Assembly: GCA_965222715.1 (NCBI GenBank)
Contig: OZ244961.1
Location: forward strand, 462,277 to 526,276
Reading direction: 5' to 3'
Origin: Minisyncoccota bacterium
GTDB lineage: Bacteria > Patescibacteriota > Minisyncoccia > Phycocordibacterales > JABMNX01
DNA: 64,000 nucleotides
This document shows, one piece after another, positions 1-9,820 of the stretch. Position 1 is the stretch's first letter. Each line of letters opens with the position of its first letter. The notes beneath the pieces were generated by a model. It worked only from the letters and a program-made list of their open reading frames with translations. It had not been told where the DNA came from and did not search any database. Both the position numbers and the translations under genes were made by a program.

Positions 1-205
1 AAAGAATGACGCCGTTATACCCAGCATCACCAAATACTACATTTGATCCCTCGCCAAGAATATAGAGTGGAAGATTATTTTTATGTGCAAACGTGCACGC
101 TTCAAGGAGATCTTGTTCATTTTCTACTATGATACAAAATTGAGCAGGACCACCGAGGCGAAAAGTTGTTATGTCGCGAAGCAAAACCTGCTCTTGTATA
201 ACCAT
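1..205 (-). CDS. murB: UDP-N-acetylmuramate dehydrogenase, 5' part (runs off window)
   Basis: Manual translation from ATG 205: MVIQEQVLLRDITTFRLGGPAQF...LYILGEGSNVVFGDAGYNGVIL; TTFRLGGPA and GxGSN are MurB FAD-domain motifs. Not in ORF track. Confidence 0.92.
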   Translation of the reverse strand, partial: MVIQEQVLLRDITTFRLGGPAQFCIIVENEQDLLEACTFAHKNNLPLYILGEGSNVVFGDAGYNGVIL

Positions 206-390
206 AGTATTGCGTCAAGAAATGGAGAGCGGGTGCGAGCTCCAAAAAAATCTAATGTGAGTGCCGCCGCCCTCCATTTCTTGAAACAATGACATGTCAT
301 AAGTACATATCTGCGGACGTTCACAGTATACCCTAGACCTGCTACATAGAAAACTCTTACAACATAACAAGTGCTGTAACTATATAAACG

Positions 391-410
391 CAAAACCCGC
401 CAGAGGCGGG
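391..410 (-). terminator. Intrinsic terminator
   Basis: Minus strand CCCGCC-TCT-GGCGGG followed by TTTTG. Confidence 0.6.
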
Positions 411-511
411 GCTTACGCAGATTTTTTTTGAAGCCACAACTTATGTGGCACTCACATTATGAGTATAGCATATTCTCAAAAATATGCAACCCCTCCCCCT
501 TATACACAATA

Positions 512-2719
512 TTACGGGTTTCTTCCTGCCTGAATCTCTTTGATAAGAAACTCCCCTTGTTCTTTAAATGATGGGTCTATTTGTATTGCATTCTGTAGTT
601 CTCTTACTGCGCCCACTCGATCGTTTAATTGAAGTAATGATGCTGCAAGACCAAGTCGTACTTGAATGTTCTGAGGATTTTTCTCTACTCGAAGTGCCCA
701 GATATCTCGAACTCGAGTAAATTCTTGATTATTAAAGTACGCTCGCAACAGGGTGTCATTATCAACAACAACCGAACCGAACTCAGGTACTAAGATTTCT
801 TCGAGTAACTGGGCATCTCTTGAGTAAATAGCACCAACAGCATAGAAGATACGTGCCTGCCGAGATTGATTGGTAAGCTTGTATGCATTTTTAAATATAT
901 CGAGCGCTGCAGTAATATCTCCTCGACTAATTGCATTGAGACCAAGCTGGAAGAGAATGGTTGGCTTTTGTGGAGAGAGCTCATCAGCGCGTTCTAAATA
1001 CGGGAGTGCTTCTTCATGTTGACTGAACGCATCAAGAAGTGTACCCATGAATACTTGTGTACGCGCATCATTAGGTACTGCATGTAGTTGTTTTTGCATC
1101 TCGGTTCGCGCAAGTGAGAGATACTGTTGCCGTATCTCTATATCAACCTGTTCACTACCAGCAATACGTGAAGCTGACTGAGCAATTTGTTCTCGTATCT
1201 CTTGATCGCCAAATGAATTATATGAGAGGGCCTGTTTAAAATGAGTAAGTTGTGCTTCCGTCCCTGGTTGTGTTGCAAGCGCATCAAGAAGTGTACTTGC
1301 TGCAAGGACTCCTTTTGTATTAATGACGTGCACCATAAACAACGTCGCGATGATAATGACCGGAAGATACACTCGGGTAATAAGCCCAGTATCCCTGATG
1401 CCAGTTTCTTTTGTATTGAGCCGCTCTAGATAATGCCCTTTAGTGCTCTCTCGATATGAGAAGTATATGAAAGCAAGAATAGTAAAGAAGAGGATGTAAC
1501 TCATAATATTATCGAACACAAAGAGGTTATGAAATGTGTAGGCAGCAAAGAGTCCTGTGATAACACTCTTTTCAGGTACTGAGAAGAAAGTATTCTTTTT
1601 TCGCCATAGATAGAACAGTGCGGTGAGAAAGATAGATACATACGCGAGAAAGCCAAGTACCCCACCTGCAATAAGCCAGTCGAAGACAACATTATGCACT
1701 CGATCAAACCACTGCTCTTGGGCATAGAGTTCGGGCTTATAGTATGTGTTAAACACAAAGTTAAAGTTTTCCTGTCCCCACCCAAGAAGTGGCCGCTCTT
1801 TTACCCCCTCGATTGCAAGACTCCATACCTGGAAACGCGCGTCAACCGTTCCGCTTGAAAGTGAGAGGGTTGCAAAACGGCTCAGTACTGGTGAAGTTTG
1901 TGCAAACTGCGTATCTTTTATTAAAAAGAATCCACCAACAAGCACGAGAACTGCTACCACGCTTCCTATTGCAACTTTTTGTAATACCTTTCGTTTTCGT
2001 TCAAAAAGTGCAATAAGAAGGCCGGTAAAGAGTACGCCGCCAAGTAATCCTAAAATAGCTCCACGAGTTGCCGTAAAGTAGACCATGAGCACTTGAAGTG
2101 CAACCAGTCCGCCATATACAAAATACCCATACCGTTCGCTCTTATACCGAATCATGAGGAGTGCCGTTATAAAGACATGGAACACCATGTAGATTGCGAG
2201 GTATGTTGCATTACCAAATGTTGCATCAAGTCGCACCCCTCCTTGATTAATAGTAATGAAGCCTAGTAACTGGAAAAGCCCATATATACCGAGAAGCCCA
2301 CTTACTCCAACAGAGGTGTTGAGTAGTCGATTCCATAACTTTTCTGTATTCAAAACGGTTCCAATTATAAGAAAGTACACGAGTAGGTGGACTAGGGTTA
2401 CTAATCCTTCCATTCGCTCAAAGTTACTCCAGATACTTTTAAGTGGGTGCTCACCAAAAATATCAGCTACCGCAATAATACCCACAAACGCAGTGATTGC
2501 TGCCAGAAGCCATGAAAACCGAGGTCGATACGCTGGGTTATAGAGCATCAACAGCACCCACGCACCTAGCATGAGTTCAACAAGTATACGAAAGGCGAAA
2601 TTTTTTCCTGTAATAAAAGGGAAAAAGAGTGAAAAAGAAATAATAAGTGGAATAAAGGGTATAAGAAATGTCCCTACCAATACCACGTACCGCGCCCATT
2701 TTTCAGCCACAGAATTCAT
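512..2719 (-). CDS. O-antigen ligase (Wzy_C) family membrane protein with C-terminal TPR repeats
   Basis: Many TM segments; ATFGNA, TATRGA, RPLLGWGQENF and DRVHN motifs; TPR-like tail. Confidence 0.88.
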   Translation of the reverse strand: MNSVAEKWARYVVLVGTFLIPFIPLIISFSLFFPFITGKNFAFRILVELMLGAWVLLMLYNPAYRPRFSWLLAAITAFVGIIAVADIFGEHPLKSIWSNFERMEGLVTLVHLLVYFLIIGTVLNTEKLWNRLLNTSVGVSGLLGIYGLFQLLGFITINQGGVRLDATFGNATYLAIYMVFHVFITALLMIRYKSERYGYFVYGGLVALQVLMVYFTATRGAILGLLGGVLFTGLLIALFERKRKVLQKVAIGSVVAVLVLVGGFFLIKDTQFAQTSPVLSRFATLSLSSGTVDARFQVWSLAIEGVKERPLLGWGQENFNFVFNTYYKPELYAQEQWFDRVHNVVFDWLIAGGVLGFLAYVSIFLTALFYLWRKKNTFFSVPEKSVITGLFAAYTFHNLFVFDNIMSYILFFTILAFIYFSYRESTKGHYLERLNTKETGIRDTGLITRVYLPVIIIATLFMVHVINTKGVLAASTLLDALATQPGTEAQLTHFKQALSYNSFGDQEIREQIAQSASRIAGSEQVDIEIRQQYLSLARTEMQKQLHAVPNDARTQVFMGTLLDAFSQHEEALPYLERADELSPQKPTILFQLGLNAISRGDITAALDIFKNAYKLTNQSRQARIFYAVGAIYSRDAQLLEEILVPEFGSVVVDNDTLLRAYFNNQEFTRVRDIWALRVEKNPQNIQVRLGLAASLLQLNDRVGAVRELQNAIQIDPSFKEQGEFLIKEIQAGRNP

Positions 2720-2763
2720 GATTGTCTACAACTGTACCACCTTTCACTCCCCTATACCAGGCG

Positions 2764-3729
2764 CTAGCGTAAGGTGTTTTCTATAATATCGTGCATGTGC
2801 ACAAGTGCTATTGGCTTCCGTTCATCAGAAACTAAAAAAAGTGTAGTGACTTTATACTCTTCCATTTGGGATAATGCTTCTTTAAGACTTGCCTCTTGCG
2901 TAATTACGCGAGGATTCGGTGTCATCATGTCTTGAGCAGTTTTATTCTCTACATTCTTTTCTTTAAGTAAGAAGCGTCGTATATCTCCATCAGTAATTAT
3001 TCCAACTAAAGTTCCTTTTGAATCTATAACACCAGTGACTCCAAATTTCTTATCGGTCATCTCTACAAGCACCTCATGAAATGAATGAGACACCTCAACA
3101 AGTGGGAGTGTTATATCTTTTTGTATAACATCAGCTACTTTTGTAAAACTAAGACCAAGACTCCCACTTGGATGAAATTGTGCAAAATGTTTCTGCTCAA
3201 ATACTTCTGGAGAAGTAAGACCAGAAGCTAGGAGATCACCAACTACTAGTGTTGCCGCAGTACTTGCCATTGGCGCAGCATTAATTGGACACCCCTCATT
3301 ATCTATTTGTATATCGATACTTGATTCAGATATGGTGGCAAGTGTACTAGTGCTGCAACCAGTAATACTAACCACTTTAACCTCAAGGCTTTTTTCTAAA
3401 TATTGCACCAGACGAACAACTTCTTTTGTTTCGCCAGAAAATGAAATGGCTATAAGCACATCTCCTTTTGTCACAATACCTAAATCGCCGTGAACCGCTT
3501 CAACGGGATGTATAAAGACAGAAGGGTGACCAAGACTAGTGAGTGTCGCACTAATCTTCATACCAATAAAACCAGATTTGCCGATACCAGTAACTACGAT
3601 TTTTCCTGATCGTTTTTGAATGAGATCAATAGCTTCAATAATATGGGGTATCGAATTCTCAAGGTTAGTAACGCCAGATATCTCGCTCTCTAAAGTGCTG
3701 CGTATTCTTGATTCTATCGTTTTGTGCAT
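2764..3729 (-). CDS. kpsF: KpsF/GutQ family arabinose-5-phosphate isomerase (SIS + CBS)
   Basis: VVTGIGKSG, EAVHGDLG, SFSGETKE, FHPSGSLG, GIITDGDIRR. Confidence 0.92.
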   Translation of the reverse strand: MHKTIESRIRSTLESEISGVTNLENSIPHIIEAIDLIQKRSGKIVVTGIGKSGFIGMKISATLTSLGHPSVFIHPVEAVHGDLGIVTKGDVLIAISFSGETKEVVRLVQYLEKSLEVKVVSITGCSTSTLATISESSIDIQIDNEGCPINAAPMASTAATLVVGDLLASGLTSPEVFEQKHFAQFHPSGSLGLSFTKVADVIQKDITLPLVEVSHSFHEVLVEMTDKKFGVTGVIDSKGTLVGIITDGDIRRFLLKEKNVENKTAQDMMTPNPRVITQEASLKEALSQMEEYKVTTLFLVSDERKPIALVHMHDIIENTLR

Positions 3730-3905
3730 TTGGCTACCCTTTAATTGGTAAAGTAATTAGTAAAGTGTATTCACTGTAATATATGTCTTGATTAATTAAT
3801 ACAGTATAACCTTTTGTATCACACAAAAGTTATATGGAAGAACTAGTTCATCTGATATTTTAGACGTATAGGAAATAGACCTCCTATCCCCTATAATCAG
3901 AAAGC

Positions 3906-5150
3906 ATGGTAAAAATGCGCAATAAAATATACTCAGCCCTTAGGTGGAGTGAGAAATATACAAAAACCGATATGCTCTACCTCACCAAAGGCGGTTTTTG
4001 GTTATTCTTCGGACAAGCTCTCGGTGTGTTTGTTTCACTTCTTTTGGCCATTGCATTTGCAAATTTAATTGAACCAGAGAAGTACGGAAACTATAAATAT
4101 GTACTTTCACTTGCTGCTATCATTGGTGCATTTTCATTAACAGGACTAAGTACAGCGGTTGTTCGAGCAGCAGCTCGCGGTGACGAGGGGACTCTTAAAT
4201 ATGCTTATAGACTTTCACTACTCTGGAGTGTAGGGATGATTCTCATATCAGGAATTGGTTCAATATATTACTTTCTAAATGAAAATTATTTTCTTTCGTT
4301 TTCACTTATTGTTATAGGTGCCACATCTCCTGTTATTTCTGCCAGTTCTTTATATAGACCATTTCTTTCTGGAAAGAAATTGTTTAAAGAGATGGCATTG
4401 TATGGTGTGCTACAAAGTACACTACCAAACATTGCGGTACTTTTAGGTATATTGATGCGCGCAGAACTTATTTACCTTGTCTGCCTATATTTTCTTACAA
4501 ATGCTATTACCGTATTCTTTCTTTACCAAAAGACTAAAAATTTTGTAGAAAACGAGCACATTGATACACAGAAAACACTACATATTGGCAAACATTTAAC
4601 GGTAATGGGCATTATGTCAAACATAGGAGGAAGGCTTGATAGTATTCTTATCTTCCAACTACTTGGTGGGGCGGAGCTTGCTATATACTCTCTTGCAGTT
4701 ACTTTCCCAGACTTAATTCGCGGTTCATTAAAAAATATTACATCTCTTGCCATACCCAAATTTGCACAGAAAACAAAAAGCGAGATGAAGTATGCGGTTT
4801 GGAGTAAAATGGGTATCTTTCTTTTGGTATCAGGAATAGTTGTTATTATGTATATCTTTTCTGCTCCTTATATTTTTAAGTTTCTTTTTCCTCAATACCT
4901 TGTGTCAATACAGTTTAGTCAGATATATGCACTATCGATTCTCACATCTTTCGTGCTTGCATCTGCATATTTTGATTCACAAGTTGCTGTAAAAGAGCGA
5001 TATATACTTAGTGTTACTAACAATGTAAATAAGATTATCGCAGTAGTTCTTGGAGTGTATTTTTTTGGTATTTGGGGGGCGATAGCTGCACGTTTAATTA
5101 CTCAAGTAATTAACTTTGCCCTTTCTGGAATTCTTATTTACCGAAACTAA
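3906..5150 (+). CDS. Wzx-type oligosaccharide flippase
   Basis: About 12 TM segments, PEKYGNY N-terminal motif, glycan-locus context. Confidence 0.82.
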   Translation: MVKMRNKIYSALRWSEKYTKTDMLYLTKGGFWLFFGQALGVFVSLLLAIAFANLIEPEKYGNYKYVLSLAAIIGAFSLTGLSTAVVRAAARGDEGTLKYAYRLSLLWSVGMILISGIGSIYYFLNENYFLSFSLIVIGATSPVISASSLYRPFLSGKKLFKEMALYGVLQSTLPNIAVLLGILMRAELIYLVCLYFLTNAITVFFLYQKTKNFVENEHIDTQKTLHIGKHLTVMGIMSNIGGRLDSILIFQLLGGAELAIYSLAVTFPDLIRGSLKNITSLAIPKFAQKTKSEMKYAVWSKMGIFLLVSGIVVIMYIFSAPYIFKFLFPQYLVSIQFSQIYALSILTSFVLASAYFDSQVAVKERYILSVTNNVNKIIAVVLGVYFFGIWGAIAARLITQVINFALSGILIYRN

Positions 5151-5157
5151 GTTAAAC

Positions 5158-5868
5158 TTACTTTAGTAAATTTAAAAGTTTTTCTTTAATCTTTTCTAGA
5201 GATGTTTTTTCCTTCTCAAAGACAACAGTAAATATTTTTCTAACTACATTTTCTGGACACAACAAAGGCTCGACTGCATGCCAAGAATGATTCGTTCGAG
5301 TAAATAACAAGCTATAATTCTCACGATACGGGACCAGAATCTTTTCTGGAAAATCAGAAATGTCTGGCGCCGAATCACAGTTGAATTTTTCTTTATCATC
5401 TAAAATTATTGTCTCTCCACCCCACTCTTCTTCCCAGTTATCATCTGCGTTGAAATAAAATATGTGTGAACCCAACTTATTCTTACTATCACAATGAGGA
5501 GAAACAGAGCAGCCATTTACCGAATATTGCCATTGAAATCGCATATTGAAATTACGTGTACCAAACAGTCGCTCAACTTGAGTGCGGTATTCTCCTTCAC
5601 CTAACTCTCTTATAAATGAGTTCCATTCTTTAGAAACCCCAAGACTCTTCTCATATTTTAATTCATAACGATTGTGTGGCTTCTGACCATAGCCACGTTC
5701 TATGTTAAACGTCTTTGTAAAAAGAGAAATATCTGGAAGATTTTTTTCCAATTCATTAAAACCCTCCTTTGTGATTAAGTGCCTAAACACATGCCACGGA
5801 TATGGCTTTTTGCCTCTATATTCATCTCCAGAAATAGAGCTAAGTTTTGTGGTATCTATAAATTTCAT
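5158..5868 (-). CDS. 2OG-Fe(II) oxygenase
   Basis: HxD (PHCD), WEEEWGGET, SWHAV..R. Confidence 0.8.
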   Translation of the reverse strand: MKFIDTTKLSSISGDEYRGKKPYPWHVFRHLITKEGFNELEKNLPDISLFTKTFNIERGYGQKPHNRYELKYEKSLGVSKEWNSFIRELGEGEYRTQVERLFGTRNFNMRFQWQYSVNGCSVSPHCDSKNKLGSHIFYFNADDNWEEEWGGETIILDDKEKFNCDSAPDISDFPEKILVPYRENYSLLFTRTNHSWHAVEPLLCPENVVRKIFTVVFEKEKTSLEKIKEKLLNLLK

Positions 5869-6626
5869 GCTCTTTCAAAAATGTAGTTTTTGACCCCATT
5901 ACCTAATTCAAATTCATTAACAACATTGAAACTGTACTTTTTTACAATTTCAAATATTTCTTTTTTTTTCTCATCTTCAATTTCAATAAGCAAATGTTTA
6001 AGATTTTTATGAGCAAGTGTATTTTTGGCACCATTAAGTACATTAATTTCTGCACCATCAACATCAATCTTTATCATTGTTGGAATTGGAATATTAAAAA
6101 TACGTACACACTCATCAAGACTCATGACTAATAACTGTTGAGTACATGCATCTTTTTTCCTTTGGAATTCACTGAAAGTATGTGTTGCCCCCGAGGAGTT
6201 ATCGTCTAAAGAAAATGATTGAATAATGTTACCTACACCTAACACAAATGGAAGAGGTGTTATATTTCTATTTAATTTGTTAAGGAATATATTATCTTGA
6301 AGCGTTTCTATGTTTTTATACGACGGTTCAAACGCATAGACTTCTATCCCCAAAGATCCAGCAATGAGACTGTATGCACCGATATTTGCACCGATATCAT
6401 AAAAAACAGATTTTTTTTCACCACAAGATTCAAGCCAATTCACTGTCTCAGGTTCTTTTTTAACGCTATTTGCTCGAGTGTAGTATTCACGTAATGTCTG
6501 AGTTGTTATGTATATATCTTTCTTTGCATAATCAAGCTTTCTTACACCATACCAATGGCTTACAAGGCGCTTTATTTTAAAAACACCTAATAAAAATTTC
6601 CATTGAATTTGTTTAATTATAGCCAT
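5865..6626 (-). CDS. FkbM family methyltransferase
   Basis: FYDIGANIGAYS, AFEP, IKIDVDGAE; start placed at MAIIKQ. Confidence 0.9.
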   Translation of the reverse strand: MAIIKQIQWKFLLGVFKIKRLVSHWYGVRKLDYAKKDIYITTQTLREYYTRANSVKKEPETVNWLESCGEKKSVFYDIGANIGAYSLIAGSLGIEVYAFEPSYKNIETLQDNIFLNKLNRNITPLPFVLGVGNIIQSFSLDDNSSGATHTFSEFQRKKDACTQQLLVMSLDECVRIFNIPIPTMIKIDVDGAEINVLNGAKNTLAHKNLKHLLIEIEDEKKKEIFEIVKKYSFNVVNEFELGNGVKNYIFERA

Positions 6627-6658
6627 AAATATGCTATACACTATAGCATAGCGGTACC

Positions 6659-7543
6659 ATGAGAGTACTTACCAAAGAACAAAGAGATTTTTTTCATAAA
6701 AATGGGTATCTTCACCTAAAGAGTTTTTTTACACAAGAGGAAGTGGTGAGTTTCAGAAAAGGATGTCAATTAGACAAACCTGGTGATTCTATGTGTACAC
6801 AAGAATTTAGACACATCATGTTTTCACCTAAAATTATTGGTGTCATGAAAGACATTCTTGGAGAAGAAATTATTTATCCAGGACTCTCTTTAACTCGTAC
6901 AGGAGATTCTCCAAAGAAAGTAGGTAGTCGCAAGTTTCATGCCGATACCGAAGGAGATGATCTAGAGTTCTCTCATCCCTACCCAGTGATTAATACTGGG
7001 ATCTACCTACAAGACCACAAGAACTATAGTGGGTGTCTTAAAATAAGTCCAGGTTCACATAAGTGGCCATGTGTACTTACAGAATCAATTACTCAATCTC
7101 TTAAATTAATTATCAAAAGTCTTCTTAGAGGAGAATTTAAAAAAGCCTATAACATACTGAATTTGCATAAATCAGTGAATATACCATCAGAAGCAGGTGA
7201 TCTGATTATTTGGTATGTTCGCACACATCATTCAGGATATGGCGTGCGACTTAAATTTTTTAAAAATATCTCTCTTCCACCCGTAATTGAAAATTGGATA
7301 CCTTCTTTTTTGCGACTTCCTGATAATCCGAAGCGCGATGTTATGCTCTCAATATTCACTGCACCAAGTAAATATTTAGAAGAATATATTAGAGTACAAA
7401 TTAACAAAGACCGCCGCATTAATCACTACCTACATAATAAATGTCTAGATTCCCCTAAAATACAAAAAATGGCAGAGGAAGCTGGGATTGTAATTCGGAA
7501 CGATGGGTATTATAGAGCATTAAAAATAAATTCTAAGTCCTAA
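6659..7543 (+). CDS. PhyH (phytanoyl-CoA dioxygenase) family protein
   Basis: LTxEQxxFFxxNGYL, FHAD, GCLKISPGSH, AGDLIIW..RTHHSG. Confidence 0.85.
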   Translation: MRVLTKEQRDFFHKNGYLHLKSFFTQEEVVSFRKGCQLDKPGDSMCTQEFRHIMFSPKIIGVMKDILGEEIIYPGLSLTRTGDSPKKVGSRKFHADTEGDDLEFSHPYPVINTGIYLQDHKNYSGCLKISPGSHKWPCVLTESITQSLKLIIKSLLRGEFKKAYNILNLHKSVNIPSEAGDLIIWYVRTHHSGYGVRLKFFKNISLPPVIENWIPSFLRLPDNPKRDVMLSIFTAPSKYLEEYIRVQINKDRRINHYLHNKCLDSPKIQKMAEEAGIVIRNDGYYRALKINSKS

Positions 7544-8259
7544 TTTTCTTTTCTTATATAAACAAATAAACCAGCTGAAAAAAGTCCCGGCAAAATTTTA
7601 TTGAGGATAGGCACACCTTTATAGGAATATATTTTGTAATTTGTATACTGCTGTGCATTAAGCCACCATTTCATATCATTAAATGTCCAGAATCGTAAGT
7701 GTTCTGAAGGTGAAATTGACCACTGAGCTGGGAACTTACCAAACAGTAGACGCAGACGATAAGTAATGTACCCTGAGTTGGGAACCGAGAAAAAGACCGC
7801 TTTTTGTGATTTTCTATACGCCTCTTGAAGTGTTATCTCTGCACTCGGGATATGCTCGAGCACTTCAAATAAAAGATATATATCTGCTTCTGGCAATTTC
7901 TTAAAGTCTTCTTTTGAGACAATATTACTGTGAAAAGTCTTAATGCCTAATTTTTCCACCAAAGAAAGAGCAACTTCTGAAATATCAACCCCAATAACAT
8001 TGGTGAGCGATCTCTTTTTTTTAAGAAAATATAACAACCCCCCATCGCCACACCCAATATCAACCACGCTTGGATCTTCATTTTCCTTAATATATTTTTG
8101 TACAAATCTCACCCGCTCAACCTGCCAGTCATTTAAACCTGGTTCTCCATCAGGTCTTCGTGAAAGCCAGTAGTTATCATTGTTTTGCGTATCCTCTTGA
8201 GATATTTTCTTTTTGGGATAGAGGAAAATATCTTTTATGGTTTTTTTTAGTAGATGCAT
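7540..8259 (-). CDS. Class I SAM-dependent methyltransferase
   Basis: VVDIGCGDG, EVLEHI, SVPN. Confidence 0.88.
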   Translation of the reverse strand: MHLLKKTIKDIFLYPKKKISQEDTQNNDNYWLSRRPDGEPGLNDWQVERVRFVQKYIKENEDPSVVDIGCGDGGLLYFLKKKRSLTNVIGVDISEVALSLVEKLGIKTFHSNIVSKEDFKKLPEADIYLLFEVLEHIPSAEITLQEAYRKSQKAVFFSVPNSGYITYRLRLLFGKFPAQWSISPSEHLRFWTFNDMKWWLNAQQYTNYKIYSYKGVPILNKILPGLFSAGLFVYIRKEN

Positions 8260-8281
8260 ACTCTTTCTATAATTCTGAATA

Positions 8282-9751
8282 CTACTTTAGCTCATTTTTA
8301 TATGTAATTGACTCTAATACATTTTTTAACAGTACTTTATTAGAACCAAACAATCTATCTTTGCGTTTTTCTGTAACCTCTTTTGGGGTCTTATAGAGAG
8401 CTTCAATCTTAAAACAAATATTTTCCAAGTTCAACCAATCAGCCAGATCATTAGCCACCATGCCTTCACCATAATCTGACGATGTTTTGAGCAAGGCAAT
8501 TGGTTTTTCGTACGCTATAAGATCATATAATAAAGTGGAGTACACTCCAACCGCTACGTCAACTTGGGCTATCGCCTCTTTCATATCTTCTAAAATTAGA
8601 ACACTAGTGTCCCCAGTAAGGTTGTATTCATCAAGCTGTTCCTTTTTTGAAACACCTGGCTTAACTTTAAATATAAGTTGAATATTAGAGCAGTTTTTTA
8701 AAGCATCAATAAAATGTAGTACTTCTTCTCTAGGAATTTCTGATTCGTACGGGATGAGTACACGAATCTTATTGTTTATTTTTCCCACCTGCGAACTCTT
8801 CACTTCTCTTTCTTGGGCTGCTACATGAAGTTCGTCATCCGTAAAATACGTACCAAGTCGCTTTAGTTCATCTTTCCAGTATTCACTCCACAGATACAAA
8901 ACATCAGGTTTTATTATCTCTCCACTAAAAGAATCATTTGTAAGATATCCTACATGGTACTTAGTAAAATGTCCGTGCTGAAAGGCGTATGTTGGTATAT
9001 TATTTAGCTTACATGCAAGTATCAACTCATAATAATTTCTTACATCATCTATGGTAAATAGAGTTTTTATATTGGATAGTTTTATAATCTTAGTCAAAAT
9101 TTTTACCCTAAAAATAAAAAAAGGGATTCTGTTGAGATAAGATAAAATTATTGGTTCAAACAACTCTTTCTCTTTTTTTGAGATATTTTGAGGATATATT
9201 AAATCACTTTCTTTTACCTTCTCTTCTGGTTTAAGAATATGAAAAAAAGAAAGTATTGAAAAAACAAAATCGATAGACTCTAAATAGATTGCTGGTCGTA
9301 ATCTTTTAAATATATTTATAATAGACGTTTTACTTGGTATGGTATGAAAAAACTCGACGTATTTTATAGAATTTTCGTCTAAGAAAGTGTAAACGCTCTC
9401 CAGTCTCATGTCGTTCCGTGAAGTTTTTGAGCTCACTTTGTCAACGGAGTATACACCTACTCTCCTTTTTGAAATTACAAGGAAAACTACGGAGAAAAAA
9501 GAATATGCCGCAAGAAAAATGTGTAGTAAAAAAACACGGCAATATCCTAAAAGACTAAAACTGGTATGAGCATCTTTTCCTGTCCTCAACTCATTAAATA
9601 GTAATGTGACCTGAAAACAATGCCAAACATTATATTTCCCATATAACACAAAGGATGAAAGTGGGTTATTTCTATACCTAACTTTATTTAGTTTTGCAAG
9701 TTGTTTTAGAGCTCTTTTTAGGTCGAGTGATTTCTTGGAAAAGTATTCCAT
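8282..9751 (-). CDS. Putative GT-B fold polysaccharide biosynthesis protein
   Basis: IPTYAFQHG and C-terminal YSTLLYDLIAYEKPI resemble capsule-locus GT-B proteins. Confidence 0.5.
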   Translation of the reverse strand: MEYFSKKSLDLKRALKQLAKLNKVRYRNNPLSSFVLYGKYNVWHCFQVTLLFNELRTGKDAHTSFSLLGYCRVFLLHIFLAAYSFFSVVFLVISKRRVGVYSVDKVSSKTSRNDMRLESVYTFLDENSIKYVEFFHTIPSKTSIINIFKRLRPAIYLESIDFVFSILSFFHILKPEEKVKESDLIYPQNISKKEKELFEPIILSYLNRIPFFIFRVKILTKIIKLSNIKTLFTIDDVRNYYELILACKLNNIPTYAFQHGHFTKYHVGYLTNDSFSGEIIKPDVLYLWSEYWKDELKRLGTYFTDDELHVAAQEREVKSSQVGKINNKIRVLIPYESEIPREEVLHFIDALKNCSNIQLIFKVKPGVSKKEQLDEYNLTGDTSVLILEDMKEAIAQVDVAVGVYSTLLYDLIAYEKPIALLKTSSDYGEGMVANDLADWLNLENICFKIEALYKTPKEVTEKRKDRLFGSNKVLLKNVLESITYKNELK

Positions 9752-9820
9752 GGATATTTTATAAACTAAATTTTGAGTACTATCAAATGCCCTTCTATTT
9801 AGTGTATACTAAAATTTATT

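Noticed and set aside
83-393. ORF-track calls 83..292 and 169..393
   Set aside because: They overlap the murB 5' end and its structured leader.
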